DNA from: an uncultured delta proteobacterium
Lineage (GTDB): Bacteria > Desulfobacterota > Binatia > UBA9968
Length of the DNA: 64,000 nt
Direction: 5' to 3'
NCBI GenBank assembly: GCA_963745035.1
Contig: CAVUVW010000014.1
Span: forward strand, 384,001-448,000
Below, piece after piece: positions 40,963-52,487 of the stretch. Position 1 is the first letter of the stretch, and every line of letters starts with the position of its first letter. Both the position numbers and the translations under genes were made by a program. The notes beneath the pieces are model-generated. The model made no database searches. It had not been told where the DNA came from and saw only the letters and a program-made list of their open reading frames with translations.

Positions 40963-41928
40963 ATGTTCCTGACTTTCACCGCCTTGATGCTCTTCCTTGG
41001 CGCTCCGGTTCTCGCGCTGGCGCAATCGCCGGCTCGAGTGGGGATACTGGTCCAGGAGATGGAACGTGCCCAGGCACAGGCTATCAAAGGCCTTGGCGAG
41101 GGACTCAAACATCTCGGTTATCAGGAGCGAAAGAATCTTTTTTTTGAAACGCGCAACGTCAAAGGCAATCGCGCCGCGCTGCAGCCGGCGGCCAGCGAGC
41201 TTCTGGCGCGCAACGTTACCGTCATTTTTACGACCGGGACCAGCGCGACACGCGCGGCAATGGCGGCCACCCGCGAAGTTCCGGTCGTATTCATTCATCC
41301 CGGCGACCCCGTTGCCGCCGGTTTGGTCAAAAGCACCGCGGAGCGCGAGAAAAATCTGACCGGCGTAGCGGCCTATGCTTCGTCGCTAATCGAACAGCGT
41401 GTCGTGCTTTTTAAAGAAATCTTCCCCGAGCTGCGCAAGATTCTGGTCTTCTACGACGCCAACAACAATTTTTCGCGCGCCAACTTCGCCGTTACCGAAG
41501 CTGCAGCAAAAAAATCCGGCTTGGAAGTTGTCGGTTACGGCATCAAGTCAGCCGACGAACTGAAAAACACGCTCGGCAGTTTACGGAGCGAACCTGGCTC
41601 GGGGCTTTTCCAATTCGCGGACGATCTGTTCGAAAGCGAGCCTGAGTTTATTTTCACCACTGCGCGCGAAAAGAAGCTGCCCACGATGTTTAATGAGGAA
41701 GCATGGGCGATTCGCGGCGCGCTAGCCGCCTACGGGCCGAGCTATTTCGAAATGGGCCGCCAGGGCGCCCGGCTCATCGACAAGATCATCAAGGGCGAGA
41801 AGCCGGCATCCTTGCCGATCGAGCCGGCGTCTAAGTTCGATCTCACGCTCAATTACCGAACCGCTACCTTTATCGGCCTTCATTTCTCGCGGGCAATGTT
41901 GAAAAAGGCGGACAAAGTCATTCGATAG
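40963..41928 (+). CDS. ABC_sub_bind SBP, divergent 19th paralog
   Basis: GDPVAAGLV, NLTGV and the tail KFDLTLNYRTATFIGL...KADKVIR. Confidence 0.88.
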   Translation: MFLTFTALMLFLGAPVLALAQSPARVGILVQEMERAQAQAIKGLGEGLKHLGYQERKNLFFETRNVKGNRAALQPAASELLARNVTVIFTTGTSATRAAMAATREVPVVFIHPGDPVAAGLVKSTAEREKNLTGVAAYASSLIEQRVVLFKEIFPELRKILVFYDANNNFSRANFAVTEAAAKKSGLEVVGYGIKSADELKNTLGSLRSEPGSGLFQFADDLFESEPEFIFTTAREKKLPTMFNEEAWAIRGALAAYGPSYFEMGRQGARLIDKIIKGEKPASLPIEPASKFDLTLNYRTATFIGLHFSRAMLKKADKVIR

Positions 41929-41939
41929 CGCGCATCGCC

Positions 41940-44600
41940 ATGGAGCAGCTTGCCGATACGATCCGCAGTATCCCGATCTTCTCCGGGCTTTCGCGCGAGG
42001 ATATCGCCAAGATCCTCGGCAAAATGGAAGAGACATCGTGCGGCGCCGGAGTGACGATATTTTCTCAAGGCGAGCAAGGCGACGCGTTCTATCTGATTCA
42101 ATCCGGCGCGGTGCAGGTCGTGTTGGAAGGTGCCGGGGGGAAATCGGAGGTCGTAGCCATTCTTGGACCGCGGGACTGGTTCGGCGAAATGGCTTTGCTC
42201 TCGGGCGAACCTCGCTCGGCAACGATCGATACGGTCAAGGAAACCGTTCTTTGGCGTCTCCGGCGCGAGGACTGGGACGAATTGATCGAAAAGCACCCGA
42301 CCTGGTTACTGCAGTTTTGCACCACGCTCAGCAAACGGCTTTCCCATGTCGATCGGCAATATTCGACCGGTCGCGAGGCTTTTAATTCGCTCGCCGAGGA
42401 GTTTTACGCATCGCTATCACCGGACGAGCAGTCGTTTTTTCGTCAAGTATCGCTGCTCGGACCGGTTGATAAAGATACTTTAACGGCGCTGGTGCAAAAC
42501 CACGCGCTGAGCAAGCTCGTGACCGAGTTCGGCTACAGCCAATCCCCGCTGATTCGTCGCTTGGAAAATGGCAAGTACGAACTGCACAGTTTCTTTAAAG
42601 ATTTTTTGCGCGAAAAGTTGGTGGCGCTCGATGGCGCGGAGACCCAGCAGAGACTTCACGCCGAGTTTGCCGAACGGTACGAAGCTCTCGGCGAACTGCG
42701 CGAGGCGATTTATCACGCGCTGCAAATCCAAGATTGGCCAACCGTCATCCGGCTCTTCAGCGAGGAAAAAGAGCACCTCCTCGCCGAATCACCGCTCTTT
42801 GTTAAGAATACTCTGGAGAGTTTTCCTCCGGAGCAACTTCTGGCCGATCCGCGGCTGGTCACCCTCCGGGGGAATGCATTGATTCAGCTGGGCGACTTCG
42901 CCGGAGCCTATCGCGCTTATCGTGAGGTGCTGGTCCAGAAGTCACCGGGAGCGGTCGCGGCCGATGCCGTCGCGGGTTACCGTCGAATGGCGGAGAACTT
43001 CGCGCAACGAAAGGATTATGCGCAGGCGATCAATCAACTGCGCAGCGCGCTAACCCTGATCGGCCAGGAAGCGGCCGCCGCCGATGGTTTTCGAGACAAT
43101 GCTCAAAAAATGAGCTGGCCGAGTTTTTCTGCCCTTCCTGCTTTGGAAAGCGGCGCGGCGGCGCAGCCGCGAAGTCGCCTGAGAGCGTGGACCTCGATCC
43201 TCGGTCCGTCGCCGAGTAAATGGCTGGGCGCGCTGCTCGGACTTGGTTTGGGCGGTTACCTTTGGTTTGGCCAACCGGATATCGGGCTAGACCCGTCGGC
43301 AAATAAGTTGCTCGGCCTCATTTCATTGACGTTAGCCTTCTGGGTTTTTCGCGTCCTTCCGGATTACGGCGTGGCCCTCGTGTTTGCCATGGTAATCATC
43401 CTAACCAAACTGGAATCGGCCCAGACCGTTATGGGAGGCTTCGCCAGTACCACTTGGTTCATGACCCTGGGTGTACTCGGACTCGGTGCCGCGATCACCG
43501 GCTCCGGATTATTTTACCGCCTCTCGCTGCATCTCGTCCGCATGTTTCCGCTCAGCTACTATTGGCAGATTGTCGCCACCGGCATCATGGGCGTCGTCGT
43601 GATGGCGTTGATTCCGCAGCAAACCGCGCGCACGGTGATCACCAGCCAGATGCTGGTCAATCTCTCCGAAAGCCTGGGCTACAAGACTCCATCGAAAGCG
43701 TCGACCGGCTTATTCGTCGCCAGCTTCCTCGGCCTGGGCCAATTGGGGTTTCTCTTCTTGACCGGATCGACGACCAGCTTGATCGCCTGGGGCTTGTTAC
43801 CCGACGACGTGCGCGCGCAATTTACCTGGGGTTACTGGTTCCTCGCCGCCTTGCCGCCGACTCTCGTTGTATTCATCATCATCCTCTTGTGCACGATATT
43901 TATCTATCGGCCCGAGACTCAACCGAAGATTTCTTACACTCTGGTGCGAACGCAGCTTAGTATTCTCGGACAGTTGTCGCATAAAGAGTGGATCAGTCAG
44001 GGCGTGCTGCTTTTCACCGTCGGGGGCTGGCTTAGCGCGCCGTACCACGGGATCGACGGCGCGTGGATCGCGATCATCGCCTTTGCGACGCTGATCAATA
44101 CCGGCGTCATAGACTGGAACATGCTCCGCAAGGGCATCGACTGGGAATTGCTCATTTACATGGGCGTTACCTTGAGCATTCCGACGCTTTTAAGACAGGC
44201 AAAGATCGATCAATGGCTGGTCGATGCGATCTCGCCGTTGATTCTTCCCTTCATCGACAGCCCGGCCTGGTTTTTCGTGGTGATCGCTCTATTGACCTAT
44301 GCCCTCAAGCTCATTTTTACGAGCTTCCTTGCGGTGGTGACGCTCTGCGTCGCATTGCTGCCGCTGTCGATCGACGTCGGCATGAGTCCGTGGATCATTG
44401 CGATGATCATTTTAATCGCCTCGGAAGTCTGGTTTTTCCCCTATCAAGTCGACTGGCATATGCTCGCCTACTCGACCACCGACGGCAAAGGATTCTCCTA
44501 TCCGCTGATGCTGTGGATCAACCCGCTCTACGCCTTCGCTTATCTTGTAGCCCTCATTGCAGCTATTCCGTACTGGAGGTACTTGGGACTGATCGGCTAA
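41940..44600 (+). CDS. Fusion of cNMP-binding domain, MalT-like helical/TPR region and DASS/SLC13 transporter
   Basis: IFSQGEQGDAFYLIQSG...FGEMALLSGEPRSATI, then YELHSFFKDFL and TPR-like helices, then a multi-TM region with GFAS and IPQQTAR (DASS hairpin-like). Confidence 0.85.
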   Translation: MEQLADTIRSIPIFSGLSREDIAKILGKMEETSCGAGVTIFSQGEQGDAFYLIQSGAVQVVLEGAGGKSEVVAILGPRDWFGEMALLSGEPRSATIDTVKETVLWRLRREDWDELIEKHPTWLLQFCTTLSKRLSHVDRQYSTGREAFNSLAEEFYASLSPDEQSFFRQVSLLGPVDKDTLTALVQNHALSKLVTEFGYSQSPLIRRLENGKYELHSFFKDFLREKLVALDGAETQQRLHAEFAERYEALGELREAIYHALQIQDWPTVIRLFSEEKEHLLAESPLFVKNTLESFPPEQLLADPRLVTLRGNALIQLGDFAGAYRAYREVLVQKSPGAVAADAVAGYRRMAENFAQRKDYAQAINQLRSALTLIGQEAAAADGFRDNAQKMSWPSFSALPALESGAAAQPRSRLRAWTSILGPSPSKWLGALLGLGLGGYLWFGQPDIGLDPSANKLLGLISLTLAFWVFRVLPDYGVALVFAMVIILTKLESAQTVMGGFASTTWFMTLGVLGLGAAITGSGLFYRLSLHLVRMFPLSYYWQIVATGIMGVVVMALIPQQTARTVITSQMLVNLSESLGYKTPSKASTGLFVASFLGLGQLGFLFLTGSTTSLIAWGLLPDDVRAQFTWGYWFLAALPPTLVVFIIILLCTIFIYRPETQPKISYTLVRTQLSILGQLSHKEWISQGVLLFTVGGWLSAPYHGIDGAWIAIIAFATLINTGVIDWNMLRKGIDWELLIYMGVTLSIPTLLRQAKIDQWLVDAISPLILPFIDSPAWFFVVIALLTYALKLIFTSFLAVVTLCVALLPLSIDVGMSPWIIAMIILIASEVWFFPYQVDWHMLAYSTTDGKGFSYPLMLWINPLYAFAYLVALIAAIPYWRYLGLIG

Positions 44601-45068
44601 AGCTTCATTGGCATGCCTTTCTGATTCAGCGTGTCACTTCGCAAGTTTCACGCATTCACTCCTGGCCCGGACCGAACGCGCCTTCAATCAATTCCCTCAG
44701 CCCAATCTTGCAAGCCGCGAGTGGGGACAGTGGCGATCATGACCCCGCTGTCGGCTAGATCAAGATGCCACGGAATCATGGGACGGCATGATCGTACTGA
44801 GGAAAAATACACTGAGTACTTTGTTCACACCCATGTATCCAAAAGTTTACGCCGGCGTAACCAAGTTTACAGCGGGTTAAGCTAATCCGTCCATCATGCG
44901 GAGCGAGACAATGGACTAGCATGTTGCTGAAAGACTTCCCTTATCCTGCGAGAGCCTCGGATGAGAAGTTGAAATGATTGACAATGTCCAGTTGTTGGTG
45001 AGCCTGCCGAAACATTCCCACTTTTTTTCAGCACAAAGTAGTCTCAAGGTTGTTTAGCAATGACACGA

Positions 45069-45084
45069 TGGCATGCTCCGTGCT
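45069..45084 (+). promoter_or_regulatory. Possible sigma-54 promoter
   Basis: TGGCATGCTCCGTGCT has GG-N10-GC spacing and lies in the long intergenic region before 45416. Confidence 0.3.
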
Positions 45085-45415
45085 CTTTTGTGCTCGCATT
45101 CGTCAGCGATTCCTAAACCATCGCTGATTTTCATTTTTCGTGGTGACAAGTTCGGGTCGTCTCTGGGCTATTTGGCGCATTTTGATCGGACTTGACAAGG
45201 AGGTTCGACTCTGCTTAGCTAGCGCACTTTCGCGCCTCGCCCTCTGGGAAAAGTTGTTGAACGAAGGAGAAACGAGCTTCTGGTTTCTCTCGTTTGGACG
45301 GCGATCGCTACGAAGTTGGTCCTAGTCAAACGCGCGGGGACGCGCAGTCTCAACGGGTTAAAACAGCCAGCTCTGTTTCGCTCACACGAGCTGCAACAAA
45401 AAGAGGAGGCATAAA

Positions 45416-46790
45416 ATGAAAAAGCTATTGTCCTGGTTGCCGAGCAGTCGGTCGTTCACAAGATTACTTTCGATCAGTGGCTGTTGCGGTCGTGGCCTTC
45501 GCGGCGCTGGAGTTGTTGGCCGTCCAGCAGGCGCTCGCGGGCAAGTGCTGTGTGCTGGTCACGAATCAGCTGCGAAGCACACGACTGCCTCTGCGATTCT
45601 TCAACTTCATGCAATATCACCAGGAACGGCAAGTTCACGGTGACCGCGAGTTCGACGGTCTTAGGACCTGTTGGAACTTCCGAAGTAGTTACGGTGCGGC
45701 CAGCCAACATCACATCCACGATCACTTGCGAGAACGCTCGACGGAACCGGCGAACATCACCGACCTCTGGACCCACAAGTTTCACACAAAGTGCACTACT
45801 GCAATGTCGAAGTACACCGAGTTGCGTAACATAATGACGCTGGCCTCTGTCAATTCGACCTCAAGTATTCTCGGTCTGATCCCAGCGAGTCTCAACGACG
45901 TGCAAACTCCCTGCCGCGGACGACACATCTAAGCTACTTATGCAGGCATCCTGCAGCGAGGCCAGCGGCGGTAACCCGGAACACTGGCGGTAACGGGCAC
46001 GCTCAAGTGTCCTGCAAGCTTGCAACCCACAGAACAGTCGGCGTGCGCATCCACTGGGGAGTTTGGCAGCTCCCCTTGGCTGTGGGCTGCCGTCGCGACG
46101 GCAACCAGGACTGTATCCTGAACTTGGGCATCGCTGGAGTGTCTTCAGGGCAATGTCCCACGTCTTTCCGGCCGGTACCGCGCTGGTTCCGCAGGTCCCG
46201 GACTCTCGCAGGGCAAGTGCTGAGCTTTTCCCAAACAGTACGAGGGTCTAGCCTGCGGCCCGGACAACCCAAGTACTTGCATTTGGCTCACTAGAGGCGA
46301 CTCGGTACTGCAGCGCGGGACTCTTTGCTAACGCTCCCGGCCTTCCCGTAGATTGCACACCGAATCAGGGACCGAACCGCTCACCGGACTCGGAACCGCG
46401 ACAGGCTGCTGTTCAGTTCGACGTCACCTTCTCTCCGACGACCCTTAACATCAACTGCGGCACTAACAACAACGACACCTGGCACTTTACGATCACTGGC
46501 AACCAGCACTTGACGGACTAACACGGATCGTTACGACATCGTCCCTGGCGGTCGAAGGCGTAGCTGGGTCAGGTCACCTGCGAACTGCTTACAAATCGGC
46601 GGCAAACACACTGACTTGCCACATAAACGCGTGTAACCAAATCAGGGCAACTGGATCTAGGGTCAGTTGTTTGTGCAAACAGGAACCCCAACGGGACGGT
46701 GGACCTCACGGTAACGGGAACGATCTTTGAGCGGAACAGACCGCGATCATCGGCGAGGATCTAAAGCCACAAAACGTCGGGAACGTGTAC
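45416..46790 (+). CDS. Secreted Cys/Thr-rich hypothetical protein (heavily frameshifted; end approximate)
   Basis: GAGGAGG RBS and leader ...VAFAALELLAVQQALA. Cys-rich beta-like segments occur across frames, e.g. QDCILNLGIAG, VQFDVTFSPTTLNINCG and TVDLTVTGT. Confidence 0.55.
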
Positions 46791-46875
46791 TTTGCAGGCT
46801 GGCAGGTGATCGCCGCGCTGCCTACCGCCAACAGGCGGTGGGGCAGCGCTATCTGCTGCGACAGAGGGCTCATTC

Positions 46876-49800
46876 ATGTCTAGGTCACGGTGGCACGTGC
46901 GCGCCCTCGTGCTTGGCGCTGCGCTTTACGCGTTCGGCGCGGTCGTGTCCCTCACGGCTATGCGCAGGTCGCCACGGCGATCACGTCCGATGGCACGCTC
47001 GGTACCACGGTAGCGCCGATCCGGCAACCTGTATAACATCAACGGCGGGACGATCAAGGGAACCAATCAATTCCACAGTTTCGGCCAGTTCAGCGTTGGC
47101 ACGGGCGATATCGCGAGTTTCAATGGTCCCGCCGCACGATCCAGAACATTCTGAGTCGCGTGACCGGGGGAACTCGCTCTGAGATCGACGGCACGCTGCG
47201 ATCCACGATATCCGGTGCCAACCTGTTCTTGATGAATCCCAGCGGTATCCTGTTCGGGCCCAATGCGCAGCTCGACGTGAGCGGGTCGTTTCACGCAACG
47301 ACGGCAGACTATATCGGCCTTGCGGATGGGGTGCGCTTCAACGCGGTTCCGTCATCAGCCGACAACCTGCTCACCACCGCGCCCCCGGCGGCCTTTGGCT
47401 TTCTCACCTCGAACCCCGCGCCTATCGACGTGCAGACCGGCGCGTTCGACTCGACGTCTCTGGGTTAAAGAACGTACTGCAAGTACCGGCCGGAAAGACG
47501 TTATCCTTTGTTGGGGGACCCATCAACATTGGGCGCGGCGCCCGGGGCCTTCGCTGGCGGCTTCGTGTTCGCGCCCGGAGGCCGCATCAACCTCGTGAGC
47601 GTCGCCTCGCCGGGCGAGGCCAGATTCGACGGCACTGGCTTCAGCGTGGATACCTTTGCACGGCTCGGTGATATCAGCATCAAGGGAAACAGCGTCATCG
47701 ACGGGAAGGAGGTGTTCATACGCGGTGGGCGGCTCGTGATCGAGCAGGCGATTATCTATGCCCGGCTTTTTCTTTCAATTCGGCGTGCCTGTCGACCCCC
47801 CCGACGGCGGCGAGGTCAACATTCAGGTCTCTGATAGCGTCAACATCAAGGGGCCGCCGCCGGTCTTCAATGAATTCTCCGGCATCCTGACCTTTGCCGG
47901 CCTCCCGTTCCCTGGCGACGTGCCCCATATCAGTATCAAGGCGTCCTCCATATCCCTATCCGAGGGCGCGAGTAGTTCAGACCGTTAGACAAGGCCCTGG
48001 AAATCCGGCGAATATATCAATCGAGGCCGATACCGTGGAGGTACGAAGCGGAGCGTCCATAGCCGCCATGAATGTTTTCGAGGGGCCGGGCGGCACGCTT
48101 ACCGTAAACGCTCGAAATGTGACGCTGGACTCGGCAGGGCAGTGACCAGTTCACCGGGCTCTCGGCGCAGGCCGATTTCCATCCGGACTACGGTTCACTG
48201 ATTTTGAGACGGGATCATTTGCGGGGGCATTTTCGCCGTCTCTTGCAGTTGGCGGATAGCGGATCGATCACGGTCAACGCCACCGGCACGCTAACGATGC
48301 GCGGCAGCGCCCAGATCAGTACGGACAACTTTGCGTTTGGCAAAAGTGGCAATGTCACCGTCAACGCCGGAGACATGCTCCTGGTAGGCGCCGGGACCAA
48401 CACGGGGTTGATCTCTGCTCAAAGCAGGCTCGCCGGACGGTCAGGGGACGTTACGATCAACGCGACCGGAAGTATCGACATGCAAAACGGGTTCCGGATC
48501 AGCGCCAATACACTGGGCAGCGATGACGCGGGCCAGGTGAACGTACGCGCCGGTCGGTCTATCACCATGACCGGCAACTCAACCTTCATATCGAGCGTGA
48601 CGGGTCAGCCTGTGGATAGTGAGCTCGACAGCTTCGCACAGCTGTTTGCCCGTTCTTCGGACGCGTGGAATGATTCTCGACTACCCCTCACTGCGCGCGA
48701 CGCTCGGAGTAGCGCCGGGTCCGAATGACCTCATGAACGTGCTTGCCGCGCTGAGCACGATCTCGGACGGGGCCGGCAATCCCTTGGTGGCCGTCACCGA
48801 CTTCACGCCGGGTGCAGGGGGCAAAGTATCGATAACGGCACCGGTGTTGGCTGTTAACGACGGTGCACATATAGAGACCTCCACCGTCTGGGACGGCAAC
48901 GCCGGCGCGATCGCGCTCAACGTTGGCTCCCTGACCCTGCGCGATGGAGCTATCATCGGCAGCCGCAGCGGCGCTGTGCGTCCGGACCGCGGATTTACCG
49001 TCGGTACGGGCAATGCCGGCACGGTAGACATCGCCGCCACGGGTACCGTCGAGATCTCCGGGCGTTCGCCGACCTCGGGAGAGGGCAGCATCGTAACCAC
49101 TAACACCTTTGGCGATGGCAATGCGGGCAATATTTCCCTGAGCGCCAATCAGGTCAACGTTCAGAATGGTGGCATAGTTACCTCCGCAAGTGGCGGAACG
49201 GTTGACGGTCAGTTGTTCGTCGGGCGCCGGGAATGCCGGGCAGATCAATGTGTCTACACCGACGTTAACAATGGCTGATGGGACGATATCGGTTGCGACA
49301 TCGGGAGCGGGAAGTGCAGGGAGCATTTTGCTGAATGGTAACACTCTTAGCCTCACCGGTGGGTCGCAGGTTGTGAGCAGCACGACTGGCGCTGGTCAAG
49401 GTGGGAGCGTGGCAGCCACAGCGGGAGAATCGATCTTTATTTCTGGGAGTGGGAGTGGGTTACTCAGCACGGCCTCTAGCACCGGCAATGCCGGTCAGAT
49501 TACTGTTTCCACGCCGACGTTGACGATGGCAGAGAGTGGCACGATCTCGGTGGCTACTTCTGGCGCCGGAAATGCCGGCAACATCTCGCTTAACGTCGGC
49601 GACTTTACACAGACAGGTGGAGCGCAGGTTGTGAGCAGCACGACCAGCACGGGCCAGGGTGGGAATCTGACAGTCACTGCGGCAACCGAGTCGGCCTCGA
49701 TCTCTGGGCTGGGAAGCGGGCTATTCAGCACGGCATCGAGCACAGGGAATGCGGGAGAGATTACTGTTTCCACTCCGACCTTGACGATGGCGGACAGCGG

Positions 49801-52355
49801 CACGATCTCGGTGGCTACTTCTGGCGCCGGAAATGCCGGCAACATCTCGCTTAACGTCGGCGACTTTACACAGACAGGTGGAGCGCAGGTTGTGAGCAGC
49901 ACGACCAGCACGGGCCAGGGTGGGAATCTGACGCTTGCGGCAACCGAGTCGGCCTCGTTCTCTGGTTTAGGAAGTGGGCTCTTCAGCACGGCGTCGAGCA
50001 CGGGGAACGCGGGAGAGGTTACTGTTTCCACGCCGACCTTGGCTATGAACAACGGAGCGATCTCGGTGGCGACTTCTGGTGCTGGAAGTGCCGGCAACAT
50101 CTCGCTCAATGTCGGCAACTTTACACAGACAGGTGGAGCTCAAGTCGTGAGCAGCACGACCGGCACCGGCACCGGCGGCGCTATAACAGTCACCGCGACC
50201 GATGCAGCCTCCATCGCCGGGCCGGGCGGCGGACTATTCAGCACGGCATCGAGCACAGGAAATGCCGGTCAGGTGACCGTAACTGCACCGGCATTGGCCA
50301 TGGACAATGGCGGAACGATATCGGTGGCCACCGAAGGGGTCGGAGCCGCCGGCAATGTCTCGCTTAGCGTCAGCGAGTTGACTCTTGGCAGTGGGGCGCA
50401 GATCAGTAGCAGCACCAGCGGTGGTGGAGCAGGTGGGACGCTGGCGGTCGCTGCCGGCGAGTTGGTTTCCATTTCAGGTGCAGGGAGCGGATTATTCAGC
50501 ACGGCATCGAGCACGGGAAATGCGGGAGAGATTGCTGTCTCTGCGCCGGCATTGACCATGGCTGACGGCGGCGAGAATCTCGGTGGCCACTGAGGGTGCG
50601 GGCAACGCCGGTAACATCGCACTGAACGTAAGCAACTTTACACAGACAGGTGGAGCTCAAGTCGTGAGCAGCACGACCGGCACCGGCACCGGCGGCGCCA
50701 TAACAGTCACCGCGACCGATGCAGCCTCCATCGCCGGGCCGGGCGGCGGACTATTCAGCACGGCATCGAGCACAGGAAATGCCGGTCAGGTCACCGTAAC
50801 TGCACCGGCATTGGCCATGGACAATGGTGGAACGATATCTGTGGCCACCGAAGGGGTCGGAGCCGCCGGCAATGTCTCGCTTAGCGTCAGCGAGTTGACT
50901 CTTGGCAGTGGGGCGCAGATCAGTAGCAGCACCAGCGGTGGTGGAGCAGGTGGGACGCTGGCGGTCGCTGCCGGCGAGTTGGTTTCCATTTCAGGTGCAG
51001 GGAGCGGATTATTCAGCACGGCATCGAGCACCGGCAATGCGGGGCAGATTACCGTAGCCGCGCCGTCATTAGCGCCCGTGCCGACGTTGGCTCTGGCAGA
51101 GGGCGGGACAATATCGGTTGCGACATCGGGAGCTGGAAGCGCCGGGAGCATTTTGCTGAACGCGAACAATCTTAGCCTCACAGGTGGGGCACAGGTCGTA
51201 AGCAGCACGACCGGGGCCGGTCAGGGCGGAAGCGTGACGGCCAACGCTACCATCTCGGGTTCACTCTCCGGTCAGGGTACGGGTTTGTTCAGCACGGCAT
51301 CGAGCACGGGAAATGCGGGAGAGATTGCTGTCTCCACGCCGACCTTGACAATCGCTGACGCCGCAAGAATCTCGGTGGCCACTGAGGGTGCGGGCAATGC
51401 CGGCAACATCGCACTGAACGTAAGCAGCTTCACACAAACGGGCGGCGCTCGGGTTGACAGCAGTACAAGCGGCATTGGGTCGGGAGGAGATATAGCTATC
51501 GTGGCAGCTAACTCGACCTCCATCTCCGGTCCAGGAACCGGGCTGTTCAGCACGGCATCGAACTCCGGGGCCGGGGGCGATATCAATGTACAAGCGCCGC
51601 AGCTTAAGATCCTCGACGGCGCGACGATGTCGGCGAACAGCACCGGTACCGCGACGGCCACGGCCGGAAATGTCAACATCGTCACCAGCGACCTCGCCAT
51701 GCAGAGCGGTAGCATCACGACGCAGTCCACGCTAGCGGATGGCGGTAATATCTCGATCACCACCACGGGATCAACGAGCAATCTGACCAACAGCCAAATC
51801 ACCACCAGCGTGGCAAGCGGCACCGGTTCAGGAGGCAACATCACGATTGGTTCCGGGGCTCAGCCGTTTGATTTTATTCTTTTGAATGATAGTGAGATCC
51901 GCGCCGATGCCTTCGGCGGACCAGGCGGTAACATCAACATATTTGCCAATGTCTTTCTTCCTTCCGATAGCATCGTCAGCGCTTCTTCGGCTCTGAGCAC
52001 TCCCGGAGTCATCGACATCCAGGCGGTGTTTACTGATGTCAGCGGCAATGTGGCACCATTGCCGGAGGCGCCGCTTCAGGCGACAGAGCTTCTGCGCGCA
52101 TCTTGCGCAGCCCGCTTTGCGGGCGGGAAAGCGAGCAGCTTGGTGGCCGGCGGTCGCGATGGTGTCCCCATCCAACCGGGTGGACTCCTACCAAGTCCGT
52201 TTTATTCGGCAAGCGGGGCTGGCACTTCCGTTACAGGCATAAAAACATCCGACAACGATCTGCCCGCGCGATTCAGTCTGCTTGGGCCTGCTGATTCAAT
52301 GAATCGACGTTTGATTCAATATAGCCTGTTGCCAAACGTTAAATGCGCCTTCTAA
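46876..52355 (+). CDS. Filamentous haemagglutinin-like TpsA exoprotein (several frameshifts)
   Basis: TPS domain (NQFHSFGQFS, NILSRVTGG, NLFLMNPSGILFGPNAQLDVSGSFHATTAD), then GNAGxIxV beta-helix repeats and a C-terminal LLRASCA...GRDGVP. Confidence 0.88.
49240..51580 (+). repeat. About 9 tandem ~258-261 bp coding repeats inside TpsA
   Basis: Equivalent positions at 49501, 49762 and 50020. Segments 50115-50514 and 50632-51031 are nearly identical. Confidence 0.85.
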
Positions 52356-52487
52356 GCGGTGACAGGGCGCAGATCTGAAAATATCCGGTTCCGCGCTTCG
52401 ATTCGCCATTCCTGTGCGAGGGAACGCGGCGATTCGTCCAGTCAACCTAGCCGCCCTGCGTTTTTCTGTCCCAAAGAAACCGAGAGA

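Noticed and set aside
45320-45380. Possible c-di-GMP-I riboswitch (GTCAAAC, GCGCG-GGGA-CGCGC hairpin, ACAGCCAGCT) before the Cys-rich gene
   Set aside because: Only partial resemblance, and the GACGCAAAG segment and second stem are not convincing. An Infernal search with RF01051 would decide.
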